Positions 41,748 through 50,612 of a stretch of 64,000 bases of DNA are shown piece by piece (within the stretch, counting starts at the first letter, position 1; each line of letters opens with the position of its first letter). The position numbers and the translations under genes are program-made. This DNA comes from a virus. The DNA lies in IMG/VR virus record IMGVR_UViG_3300037247_001602, positions 30,489-94,488 of that record; one strand, written 5' to 3'. Under the pieces are notes generated by a model. It was not told the DNA's origin. It searched no databases and saw only the letters and a list, made by a program, of their open reading frames with translations.

Positions 41748-42917
41748 ATGAAACGCGACAATAACGGCAAACCCACCGTTGCAAGACCGTTGCAGCTCAG
41801 CAATGGTAATGCAATGGTAACGGTACCCCTTGAGCGTAGCTGGGTTACAGTATCTGAGTTCTCCAGGATCACCCACATTGCGATCAAGACAGTCAGAGAT
41901 TACATCCGACAGGGCCGGATCGCTACCAAGGCTCACCCTCACGTCAACAGACGCAGAGTCATCCCCGTAAGAGAACTCAATCGGACGATGATGAACCCTG
42001 CTGGGGCTCTCATCCCGTACCACGGCAGGATGTACCCACACAGCTTCTACATCTTTTACTGCTTGGCCAGCTATGGCAGTCGGTTCGAGATGATTAAGAG
42101 AGACCTGGAACGATACCGTGTAGTCGTGCCTCCGATGAGCGTGCTGAGAGCAATGGAAGAGGCCATATTCGAGACAGCGCCGAAAATCATCAAGAGAAAG
42201 CATAGGCTAGGATTCAGATACAACACGCTCATTGAATTCGAGAATTGGATGGAGATCTTAGGCTTCAAAGAAATATATGAAGATCCGCTTGGCTATATCC
42301 CTGCCAGAATTCTAAATTCGCAACGACTCCGGATGGTAATGGAAGTCATGGCGAGCGCAGGATTTAGACCATACGAGATCTCTGACAAGCTCCATGAGGT
42401 AACTGATGTTCTTGTAGATCCGTCGATTATTAGTAATTACCTCCTCATGTTCTTTTACCACAGGCAGATGGAGGATGATGACTGGTATGACTATCTGATA
42501 GATGTTCGCGCAGTAAATGCAATGGAGGCCAAGATCAGGGATGAGTGCGCGGACAGTAAAGTCGCCGTATACCAGCACTTAGGGCTTACCGGCGGCATAG
42601 ATATCCTTACTGAATTTGAGAAAAACCTCTATGTCGCCACGAATCTATACCGAAAAATGGCCACCTCTGAAGACTTCATGCATCAACAGGCAAGCGTGGC
42701 ACAAACCAGGGCAATGGGTAATCTTGTAGCCATCATGATGAAGTGGAAAGAGATTCACACCAAGGAGTCTGCCGAATTGCAGCAGCGGAGACAAGCTGCA
42801 CAGGGCCAAGGCCTGAATCCAGCCAATATCCCGGAGAAATCTGCCGAGGATAATGACGAAGTATTTGAGGAAGTGATCCAGAAGGAAGCCGAAGATGAAT
42901 CCGTTTCAAGCGCGTGA
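41748..42917 (+). CDS. HTH protein, candidate terminase small subunit
   Basis: N-terminal excisionase/MerR-like HTH; directly upstream of and overlapping TerL. Confidence 0.5.
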   Translation: MKRDNNGKPTVARPLQLSNGNAMVTVPLERSWVTVSEFSRITHIAIKTVRDYIRQGRIATKAHPHVNRRRVIPVRELNRTMMNPAGALIPYHGRMYPHSFYIFYCLASYGSRFEMIKRDLERYRVVVPPMSVLRAMEEAIFETAPKIIKRKHRLGFRYNTLIEFENWMEILGFKEIYEDPLGYIPARILNSQRLRMVMEVMASAGFRPYEISDKLHEVTDVLVDPSIISNYLLMFFYHRQMEDDDWYDYLIDVRAVNAMEAKIRDECADSKVAVYQHLGLTGGIDILTEFEKNLYVATNLYRKMATSEDFMHQQASVAQTRAMGNLVAIMMKWKEIHTKESAELQQRRQAAQGQGLNPANIPEKSAEDNDEVFEEVIQKEAEDESVSSA

Positions 42918-44589
42918 AACCTGTGCATACTTGGATGGTAAGTCCAGGGCATGTGATATACAGCCTCCGGCTGAAGTGAATGGCCTCAAACCAGATGACG
43001 ATGCCCAGATGGCCCAGTTCGGACTCACCCACTCCGAATGGTGCGAGAAGTATGTTGTGCTCAACGGAAGGGCCTTCAGCCTGAGGCAGAGGCCGTATCT
43101 GCGGCCCATCTATGATCGCCTTCAAGTCCGACACAAAAGGATGATAATCAAGGCTGGACGCCAGGTGGAGAAGTCGACTACCTTGGCCAATAAGATTTTG
43201 CTGAATTCCTGTCGCCGCCCGAATTTCAAGGCAATTTACGTGGCGCCGCGAGGAATGCAGTCTCGTCAGTTCAGCATCGATAGAGTCAAGCCGGTGATTC
43301 GTTATTCTCCCTTTATCGCCACATTTATAGACAAGTCCTGCGTGGACCAGGTGTTCGACAAGACCTTCAACAATGGCTCGTCGCTATATTTCAGATCGGC
43401 ATTCTTGAATCCGGATTCCTGTCGTGGCTTGAGTGGCGACTTACTCAATGTTGACGAGATTCAGGACATTCTGCCCGAGAATATTCCTGTCATCGAGGAG
43501 TGCCTATCGCACTCAATATATAAATTCTTCCTGTACTCAGGCACGCCTAAGACTACCGACAATACGATGGAGCATTACTGGAAGCTCAGTACGCAGCGAG
43601 AGTGGTTAGTCACATGCCGCACCATGGGTTGCCGTTACATAAACTATCTCGACGAAGAATCCATTGGTACCACTTCGCTTATCTGCAAAAAGTGTGGCAA
43701 GACAATTTATCCGCAGGATGGGAAGTGGTACATCTTCAACAAGAAAGCCACCTGGGAAGGATACAGGATTTCCCAACTGATTGTCCCCTGGGTGAAGATC
43801 TTTGACCCGACAGGAGGAGAAGAGTCGGTCATAGATAAACGGAATCGTTACTCGCCGGCTAGATTCCACAACGAGGTTCTTGGCCTACCATATGACCTGG
43901 GCCAGAAGCCCATCACAGAAGCCGAGGTCATTGCATGCTGCACCCTCAAGCATCCCGAGACGGGGAATCCATGTCCCAATACTGTCTCGTCTGAGCCCTG
44001 GATCGCGAAGTATCCCTGCTTTGCTGGGATTGACTGGGGAACTGGATCTGGCGAGAACCCTGCTTACACGGTCCTCACCATCGGCGCCTGGCTCGATCCT
44101 GGGAGATTCTGCCCATTCTACATCAAGCGCTTCATCGGAAGAGAGGCCAACCTAGCGACCCAGCCTGAGGCAATCAGCAAGATATGCGCTAGATACAATG
44201 TCCAGCTCATGGGCTCTGACTGGGGTTTCGGCGCCGCACAGAATGCGATCCTGAGAGAGACATGGCGCATCGAGCGCGTCATGGAATTCCAGTATGTCGG
44301 GGATCAGCGAGTCCCGATTAAATTTGACAAGTCTACTCTAAGATATACTGTGAATAGAACTTCCATCATGACGGAGTTCTTCCGAAAGATCCAAAGGCAG
44401 GAATACAGATTCTTCCGCTGGGAAGAGTTCGAGAATTTTGGCAAAGACATTCTGGCTATCAATGTCGAGTACAATGACACCAGGCAAGTCATCCATTATA
44501 CGCACAGCAGCCAAAACCCCGACGACGCAGCGCACTCAATCATCTATGCTGATCTGGCGGCAATGTACTATATAGGGAAGTACAGATAG
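42895..44589 (+). CDS. terL: terminase large subunit (GpA-like)
   Basis: KAGRQVEKST Walker A, RGLSGDLLNVDE Walker B, SGTP, Cys cluster, nuclease GIDWG...PDDAAH. Confidence 0.9.
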   Translation: MNPFQARETCAYLDGKSRACDIQPPAEVNGLKPDDDAQMAQFGLTHSEWCEKYVVLNGRAFSLRQRPYLRPIYDRLQVRHKRMIIKAGRQVEKSTTLANKILLNSCRRPNFKAIYVAPRGMQSRQFSIDRVKPVIRYSPFIATFIDKSCVDQVFDKTFNNGSSLYFRSAFLNPDSCRGLSGDLLNVDEIQDILPENIPVIEECLSHSIYKFFLYSGTPKTTDNTMEHYWKLSTQREWLVTCRTMGCRYINYLDEESIGTTSLICKKCGKTIYPQDGKWYIFNKKATWEGYRISQLIVPWVKIFDPTGGEESVIDKRNRYSPARFHNEVLGLPYDLGQKPITEAEVIACCTLKHPETGNPCPNTVSSEPWIAKYPCFAGIDWGTGSGENPAYTVLTIGAWLDPGRFCPFYIKRFIGREANLATQPEAISKICARYNVQLMGSDWGFGAAQNAILRETWRIERVMEFQYVGDQRVPIKFDKSTLRYTVNRTSIMTEFFRKIQRQEYRFFRWEEFENFGKDILAINVEYNDTRQVIHYTHSSQNPDDAAHSIIYADLAAMYYIGKYR

Positions 44590-44596
44590 AAAGATC

Positions 44597-44624
44597 TTGA
44601 CAACTGTAGCACATCCTGCATAAT
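44597..44624 (+). promoter_or_regulatory. sigma70-like promoter with TGTAGCACA spacer element
   Basis: TTGACA-ACTGTAGCACATCCTG-CATAAT; near-copy of the 21751 promoter. Confidence 0.7.
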
Positions 44625-44653
44625 TGAACCGTCCCTAATAAGAGGGCTCCAAT

Positions 44654-45967
44654 ATGCTCATCCGAAGCGAAGTCACCGGAAAATACGTCCTTGACCTGAA
44701 AGATCCTGCCGTTGGGCTCGCTCTTGGAACAGAAACTCGAAAACAGATTGTCTTCACGGCAGCTCTACAAACAAAAAGCCTACCGGACAGGTTCTTTCAG
44801 ACTGTCGATTTGCAGAATGCTGTCACTTTATCGCGTATTACCGTCCTAAGCTTTGACGCTGGCGATGAATATCAGGCGGGATCTGAGCCCGTGGAGAACT
44901 TGGCCACAGCGGGAGGTTCCGGAACGGTTCCGATATCAGATGGCGCTGGCGGCTTGACGATGGCCGCTCCTGCTGGAGCCGCACATAAAGACACTCACAA
45001 AAGCGGCGGCTCGGACGCTTTCTTTCCCGCCGATATTCTCGATGCCACAATTCAGCGCCTGGTAACAACGGATGGTCCAACGACCCTATTGATGGGCGCT
45101 GTTGCCGACGGAGAACTACTGAAAAGAAGCGGAACGGGTATCGTTAGTGATGTTGCTCCTGCCGGCTTCTTCACAGATGGCGCCGGAGTAGATGCCGCGA
45201 TTGGCAAGGGGGCCACGCCTCCTACGGCTGCCGGTGATAACTCGTTTGCTCAAGGACATTACACTTACACAGATGTCAACGGGGACAACTCCTTTGTATT
45301 GGGTAACGAATGTTTCTGCAAGGCTGCAAATTCATTTGCACTAGGAAGACAGGCTTATGTAAGTGCAGCCGGGGGTTCGTCTTTTGCGCAAGGGAGTTAT
45401 GTCGACGCCTACGGCACGTATGCTTTCGCACAGGGAAAGAATATTATTGCCAGTGGAAGTAGCTCCTTCGGACAAGGGGAGTTTAATACCGTAGCTCAAG
45501 ATAGAGCTTTTGGTCAAGGTCGCAGGGTCGTGACTTCCCGAGAAGACCAGAAGGCTTGGGGATCAAATAGGAGTATTGCCGGATCACAATTCAGTCACAT
45601 GGCAAAACATTTGCAGACCGGGGACGATACTCCGGCAACCCTCATCGATTTGACTCTTGAAGAAGATAGAAGCTACGTAATCTGGGTTCACGTAGTTGCC
45701 CGGAACACGACAACGGATGCGGAGACCGCCTCATTCTTCCTGAATCAGGCAACCGCTTATCGAGATACCGCAGGGGCGGCTGTACTTGTTGGCTCTCCGA
45801 CATTCACAAAAGAAAACACGACAGGCGGTCCTGCAGGCGGAGCGTTTACTGTGGCTATTTCCGCGAGTTCAAACAGCATCCTGATCCAGGTAACAGGCGA
45901 ACCAGGAGCAGAAGTACAAACTTACGAATGGACTGGGACGATCATGTTCACAGAATCTAGTGGATAA
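44654..45967 (+). CDS. fibre or adhesin protein with YadA-head-like SFAQG repeats, paralog 1
   Basis: ~14-residue SFAQG repeats between conserved N- and C-terminal modules. Confidence 0.75.
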   Translation: MLIRSEVTGKYVLDLKDPAVGLALGTETRKQIVFTAALQTKSLPDRFFQTVDLQNAVTLSRITVLSFDAGDEYQAGSEPVENLATAGGSGTVPISDGAGGLTMAAPAGAAHKDTHKSGGSDAFFPADILDATIQRLVTTDGPTTLLMGAVADGELLKRSGTGIVSDVAPAGFFTDGAGVDAAIGKGATPPTAAGDNSFAQGHYTYTDVNGDNSFVLGNECFCKAANSFALGRQAYVSAAGGSSFAQGSYVDAYGTYAFAQGKNIIASGSSSFGQGEFNTVAQDRAFGQGRRVVTSREDQKAWGSNRSIAGSQFSHMAKHLQTGDDTPATLIDLTLEEDRSYVIWVHVVARNTTTDAETASFFLNQATAYRDTAGAAVLVGSPTFTKENTTGGPAGGAFTVAISASSNSILIQVTGEPGAEVQTYEWTGTIMFTESSG

Positions 45968-46023
45968 CCGAGAGCTAAAAATTCTAATTGTGAATGAGCC
46001 GTCCCTAACAGGAGGGGGCCGAT

Positions 46024-47331
46024 ATGCTTATACGGAGTGATGTTACCGGAAAATATATCCTCTATTTGAGAGATCCCGCCGTTGGGCTTGCGCTCGGGGC
46101 GGCAAATCGAAAGCAGATTGCCTTTACGGCATCCGGACAGACTAAAAGCCTGCCGGACAGATTCTTCCAGACTGTCGATTTGCAGAATGCTATCACTCTA
46201 TCACGCATCACTGTTCTCAGCTTCGATGCTGGTGACGAGTACCAGGCGGGATCTGAGCCGGTTGAAAACTTGGCCACAGCAGGGGGCTCTGGAACAGTTC
46301 CAGTATCAGATGGCTCTGGTGGCTTGACAATGGCCGCTCCTGCGGGCGCTGCACACAAAGACACTCACAAAAGCGGCCAGTCAGACGCCTTTCTTGCTGC
46401 TGATACGCTTAACGCCACGGGCAAGCGCCTGGAAACAACCACGGGGCCAACGACTCTATTGATAGGCGCTGTCGCCGATGGGGAATTCCTGAAGAGAAGC
46501 GGAACGGATATTATTGGTGATGACGGCGGCAGCTTCTTCACGGATGGCGCTGGAATAAACGCAGCTCTCGGCAAGGGTAGTGGCACATCCGAAGCGGCTG
46601 ATGGCAGAAATTCACTTGCTCATGGTCGCAATTGTTACACGAGTGCGACTGGAGATCAAGGTTTTGCATTGGGTAACGAATGTCATGTTACGGCTGCTAA
46701 TGGGTTTGCACAAGGGAATCAGTGCTACGCAAACGGAATTGCATCTTTCGCACAAGGCTTTAGTACTCAAGCTAATGGCGCGTATTCTTTTGCGCAAGGA
46801 GGATATAATCGCTCCTTGGGAAGTAATTCTTTCACGCAAGGACAAAATTGTAAGGCGGAACAAGATAGGACTTTCGCTCAAGGACGCCGGGCCGTAACTT
46901 CCCGAGAAGACCAAAAGGCTTGGGGAACCAATAGGGCTGTTGAGGGATCACAGTTCAGTCACATGGCGAAATATCTACAAACTGGAAACGACACCCCGAC
47001 GACTCTCATTGATGTGACTCTTGAGGCGGACAGAAGTTATGTGATGTGGATTCATGTAGTTGCCCGAAATACGACAACGAATGCGGAAAGCGCCTCATTC
47101 TTCTTGAATCGGGCAACTGCTTATCGAGATACGGCAGGCGCGGCTGTGCTTATTGGCGCTCCGACATTCACAAAAGAAAACACGACAGGTGGTCCTGCAG
47201 GTGCAGGATTTACCGTAACTATCTCCGCAAGTTCAAACAGCATCTTGATTCAGGTGACAGGCGAAGCAAGCGGCGAGTCACAGACTTACCAATGGACTGG
47301 GACCGTCATGTTTACAGAATCTAAGGGATAA
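46024..47331 (+). CDS. fibre or adhesin protein, paralog 2
   Basis: Collinear with paralogs 1 and 3. Confidence 0.75.
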   Translation: MLIRSDVTGKYILYLRDPAVGLALGAANRKQIAFTASGQTKSLPDRFFQTVDLQNAITLSRITVLSFDAGDEYQAGSEPVENLATAGGSGTVPVSDGSGGLTMAAPAGAAHKDTHKSGQSDAFLAADTLNATGKRLETTTGPTTLLIGAVADGEFLKRSGTDIIGDDGGSFFTDGAGINAALGKGSGTSEAADGRNSLAHGRNCYTSATGDQGFALGNECHVTAANGFAQGNQCYANGIASFAQGFSTQANGAYSFAQGGYNRSLGSNSFTQGQNCKAEQDRTFAQGRRAVTSREDQKAWGTNRAVEGSQFSHMAKYLQTGNDTPTTLIDVTLEADRSYVMWIHVVARNTTTNAESASFFLNRATAYRDTAGAAVLIGAPTFTKENTTGGPAGAGFTVTISASSNSILIQVTGEASGESQTYQWTGTVMFTESKG

Positions 47332-47387
47332 CTGGGATCTAAAACTTCTAATTGTGATTGAGGTATCCCTAACAGGAGGGAACCAAT

Positions 47388-48704
47388 ATGCTTATTCGAA
47401 GTGAAGTGACTGGGAAATATATCCTCGATCTGAGAGATCCTGCCGTTGGGAGCGCTATTGCGGCAGCAAATCGAAAGCTGATTATCTTTACAGCATCCGG
47501 GCAGACCAAGACCTTACCGGACAGATTTTTTCAAACTGTCGATTTACAGAATGCCGTCACTCTATCACGCATCACTGTGCTCAACTTCGATGCTGGCGAT
47601 GAATATCAGGCGGGATCTGAGCCCGTGGAGAACTTGGCCACAGCGGGAGGTTCCGGAACGGTTCCGATATCAGATGGCGCTGGCGGCTTGACGATGGGTA
47701 CGCCTACGGGAGCTGCACACAAAGACACTCACAAAAGCGGCCAGTCAGACGCCTTTCTTGCTGCTGATATTCTCGATGCCACAATTCAGCGCCTGGTAAC
47801 AACGGATGGTCCAACGACTCTATTGATAGGCGCTGTCGCCGATGGGGAATTCCTGAAGAGAAGCGGAACGGATATTATTGGTGCTGCCGTCGCCGGCTTC
47901 TTCACGGATGGCGCTGGAACGGATGCGGCAGTCGGTAAAGGGGCTGTACCTCCTACCGCTGCCGGTGATAATTCATTTGCTCAAGGCTCTAACTGCTTTA
48001 CGACTGCAGCCGCCGACAATGGTTTTGCATTGGGCAACTCATGCTCCGCTAGAGCTATAAACGGATTTGCACAGGGCTTATATACCTATGTAGATACAGG
48101 CGGGATTTCGGCGTTTGCACAAGGTGCCAATAACTATGCCTCCGGTGCATATTCTTTTGCGCAGGGAACGTATAATAATGCCGGTGGAAGTAGTTCCTTC
48201 GCGCAAGGAGAACGTAATCTAGCATCGCAAGACAGGGTTTTTGCCCAAGGATTGCAGGTTACGGCCACCCGAGAAGACCAAAAGGCTTGGGGAACTAATA
48301 AGGCCAATCAGGGCTCACAGTTCAGTCACATGTCGAAACATGTGCAAACTACAGATAATCCTATAACGACTCTTATCGATTTGACCCTTAGTCAGGACCA
48401 CACTTATGTAATCTGGGCTCACGTAGTTGCTCGGAATACGACAACGAATGCGGAGACTGCCTCATTCTTCTTAGCCCAGGCAACCGTTTATCGAGATCAA
48501 GGAGGAGCGGCTGTACTTATCGGCTCTCCGGCATTCACAAAACAAGACACAGGGCAAGATCCTGGACCTGGGAATGCATTATTTACCGTAGCTATTTCCG
48601 CAAGCGGGAACAGCATCCTGATCCAGGTAACAGGCGAACCAGCCGCCCAGTCAGCCACTTACGAATGGACTGGGACTATTATGTTTACAGAATCTAAGGG
48701 GTAA
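47388..48704 (+). CDS. fibre or adhesin protein, paralog 3
   Basis: Collinear; nucleotide mosaic of paralogs 1 and 2. Confidence 0.75.
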   Translation: MLIRSEVTGKYILDLRDPAVGSAIAAANRKLIIFTASGQTKTLPDRFFQTVDLQNAVTLSRITVLNFDAGDEYQAGSEPVENLATAGGSGTVPISDGAGGLTMGTPTGAAHKDTHKSGQSDAFLAADILDATIQRLVTTDGPTTLLIGAVADGEFLKRSGTDIIGAAVAGFFTDGAGTDAAVGKGAVPPTAAGDNSFAQGSNCFTTAAADNGFALGNSCSARAINGFAQGLYTYVDTGGISAFAQGANNYASGAYSFAQGTYNNAGGSSSFAQGERNLASQDRVFAQGLQVTATREDQKAWGTNKANQGSQFSHMSKHVQTTDNPITTLIDLTLSQDHTYVIWAHVVARNTTTNAETASFFLAQATVYRDQGGAAVLIGSPAFTKQDTGQDPGPGNALFTVAISASGNSILIQVTGEPAAQSATYEWTGTIMFTESKG

Positions 48705-49508
48705 TTGGTGAATGTCATTACGGGGCTGCCTCGTAGTGGCAGCACACTTCTGTGCAATATCTTGAATCAGAATCCCCGATTCTGGGCAAGCAGCACTAGC
48801 ACTCTAGCCGTACTCTGTGCCAATCTAATAAGTACATGGAGTACATCAGCCGAAGTCAAAGGAGACCTGCAGCAAGATCGTGACGAAACAGAACAGCGAC
48901 TAATGCGATCTCTCAAGGTCTTCTGCGAAGCCTGGCATAAAGACAGGAAAGAAAAGATCATTTTCGACAAGTCTAGGCCTTGGATGCATCATTTGCTTCC
49001 CCTTCGTCAAGTATTCCCCGAGAGCAAAGTTATTGTCTGTGTCAGGGATCTTCGAGACGTATTTGCTTCGGTGGAGAAACAGCATCTCAAAAATCCAATT
49101 CTGGATGATGCCCGGAATCCTCAGGCAAAAACCCTACATGGCCGTGCGGACACAATGTTCTCGCCAGATGGATTCATTGGGAGTCCTCTCAATGGCCTTT
49201 CAGACGTAATCAGAAGAAGGCAAAGCGTCTACTGGTTTAAGTATGAGACTTTCGTCGAAAGGCCCAAAGCCACGATGAAAGAGTTATATGAATATCTCGA
49301 AGAAAAGGAATTCGATCATGACTTCGAGAACATCGAAAACACAGCGACAGATCCAGATGCTTTCTATCTAAATAAATTCCCGCATGAAGGAAATGGAAGA
49401 GTTGAAGTTCAGAGTCCGAATGGCTGGAAAGAGTTTCTCTCTAATGATATAGCCGCTGCAATTATGACCAAGTTCCCCGAATACAATCAGTTCTTCCACT
49501 ACGCATAG
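48705..49508 (+). CDS. PAPS-dependent sulfotransferase
   Basis: 5'-PSB loop ITGLPRSGSTLL; 3'-PB motif VCVRDLRDVFAS; KYE.FV..P. Confidence 0.9.
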   Translation: MVNVITGLPRSGSTLLCNILNQNPRFWASSTSTLAVLCANLISTWSTSAEVKGDLQQDRDETEQRLMRSLKVFCEAWHKDRKEKIIFDKSRPWMHHLLPLRQVFPESKVIVCVRDLRDVFASVEKQHLKNPILDDARNPQAKTLHGRADTMFSPDGFIGSPLNGLSDVIRRRQSVYWFKYETFVERPKATMKELYEYLEEKEFDHDFENIENTATDPDAFYLNKFPHEGNGRVEVQSPNGWKEFLSNDIAAAIMTKFPEYNQFFHYA

Positions 49509-49509
49509 C

Positions 49510-49534
49510 TAAAAAAGGGGCTTCATAGCCCCTC
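49510..49534 (-). terminator. intrinsic terminator at the strand switch
   Basis: AAAAAAGGGGCT-TCAT-AGCCCCT on the plus strand. Confidence 0.6.
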
Positions 49535-50186
49535 ACCTTGTAAGACCTTTCATGTAAACCTCATGGGCGAGACCCTGTGCTCGCTTAGGGTCGTTGGTTA
49601 GAGCGAGGAAGTATCCGTAAGACAGAGCCTCCCAGGAGTACTCTTTATTGGGATCTATATCATCAGCTTTCTTATACACACTCGCCTCCCACTGCTTAAT
49701 TAACTGTTCGTTATACCTTCTTTGCGGCATTCTTATTCCTCCGCTCCCTTTTCCGTTCGCGACGCTGGCGGATTTTTCTGAATCTCTTTTTCATCTCCTC
49801 GTCGGTTTCCTGTCTCACCCCATAAGGCACATACGAGGTTCCGTCGTAATCGCCTTCCTCACGGAAGTGAACGTGCGTGTAACCAGCATAGAGAGCTTTT
49901 GAGGCGAATCCCGTTAGCGTTCTCACTAGGTCCTCGATTGGGCCCTCAAACAAACCCCCAGGGCCCCACTCACAATCAATATCTACGTGGGCAATAATGA
50001 ACATTCTCCTCAAGCGGTCTTCTCGTTTGAGGGGCAACCTCCTTCTTGTCTTTGCTCCGGAGTGGAGGCCATATAGGTCTCCGTATTGATTGCAGTAATC
50101 GCATAGATACGTTCCCTTGCCATACGATCCTACGCCACACGAGAATCTGTCTTCGTAGTATCTATTGATGCATTCTTCGCAAATTC

Positions 50187-50612
50187 TCATGGCAAGGTCT
50201 CCCTTACCAGTTCGAGGATCTTTCCAAGGTGATTTGCTCCTTGTCCATTAGAGACGCCAAAATACGTGTCGCCCCACCAATTCCCCTCGATCAATTGGGC
50301 ATCGCCTGTCTCTTTGAGCTTCTCAGCCAAACGAGGATTCTTATGGAATTTGGTCCACACAATGTCGAACATGATTCCCCATTTAAGTTTGTCCCAATCA
50401 GGGCGTTGATCGACTTTTCGCCCCATCTTCTTTGCAGCACTCGGGGACTTTGCGGCCAAAATCTCGCGCCTAACAGCGGGATCTAACGTCTTTGCTGCCT
50501 GATAGGCATGTTCGGCTGATGGGTATTCATAGCCGCAGTATTCGACTTTGGCCAATGCGAAATTGGACAGGAATCGATGATCTCCATCGAAGGTTTCAAT
50601 CGGTATTGTCAT
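50187..50612 (-). CDS. NADAR family protein
   Basis: FLSNF, SAEHAYQAAK, KF..NP.L..L..TG...LIE...DTYFG..G.N.LGKIL..VRE. Confidence 0.9.
   Translation of the reverse strand: MTIPIETFDGDHRFLSNFALAKVEYCGYEYPSAEHAYQAAKTLDPAVRREILAAKSPSAAKKMGRKVDQRPDWDKLKWGIMFDIVWTKFHKNPRLAEKLKETGDAQLIEGNWWGDTYFGVSNGQGANHLGKILELVRETLP

Noticed and set aside
42895-44589. Inteins or introns in terminase, RNAP or helicase
   Set aside because: Motif spacing is compact, with no splice-junction or homing-endonuclease insertions seen.
44654-48704. Diversity-generating retroelement or invertase shufflon
   Set aside because: No reverse transcriptase or recombinase is nearby, the copies are full-length direct repeats, and differences are not adenine-specific.
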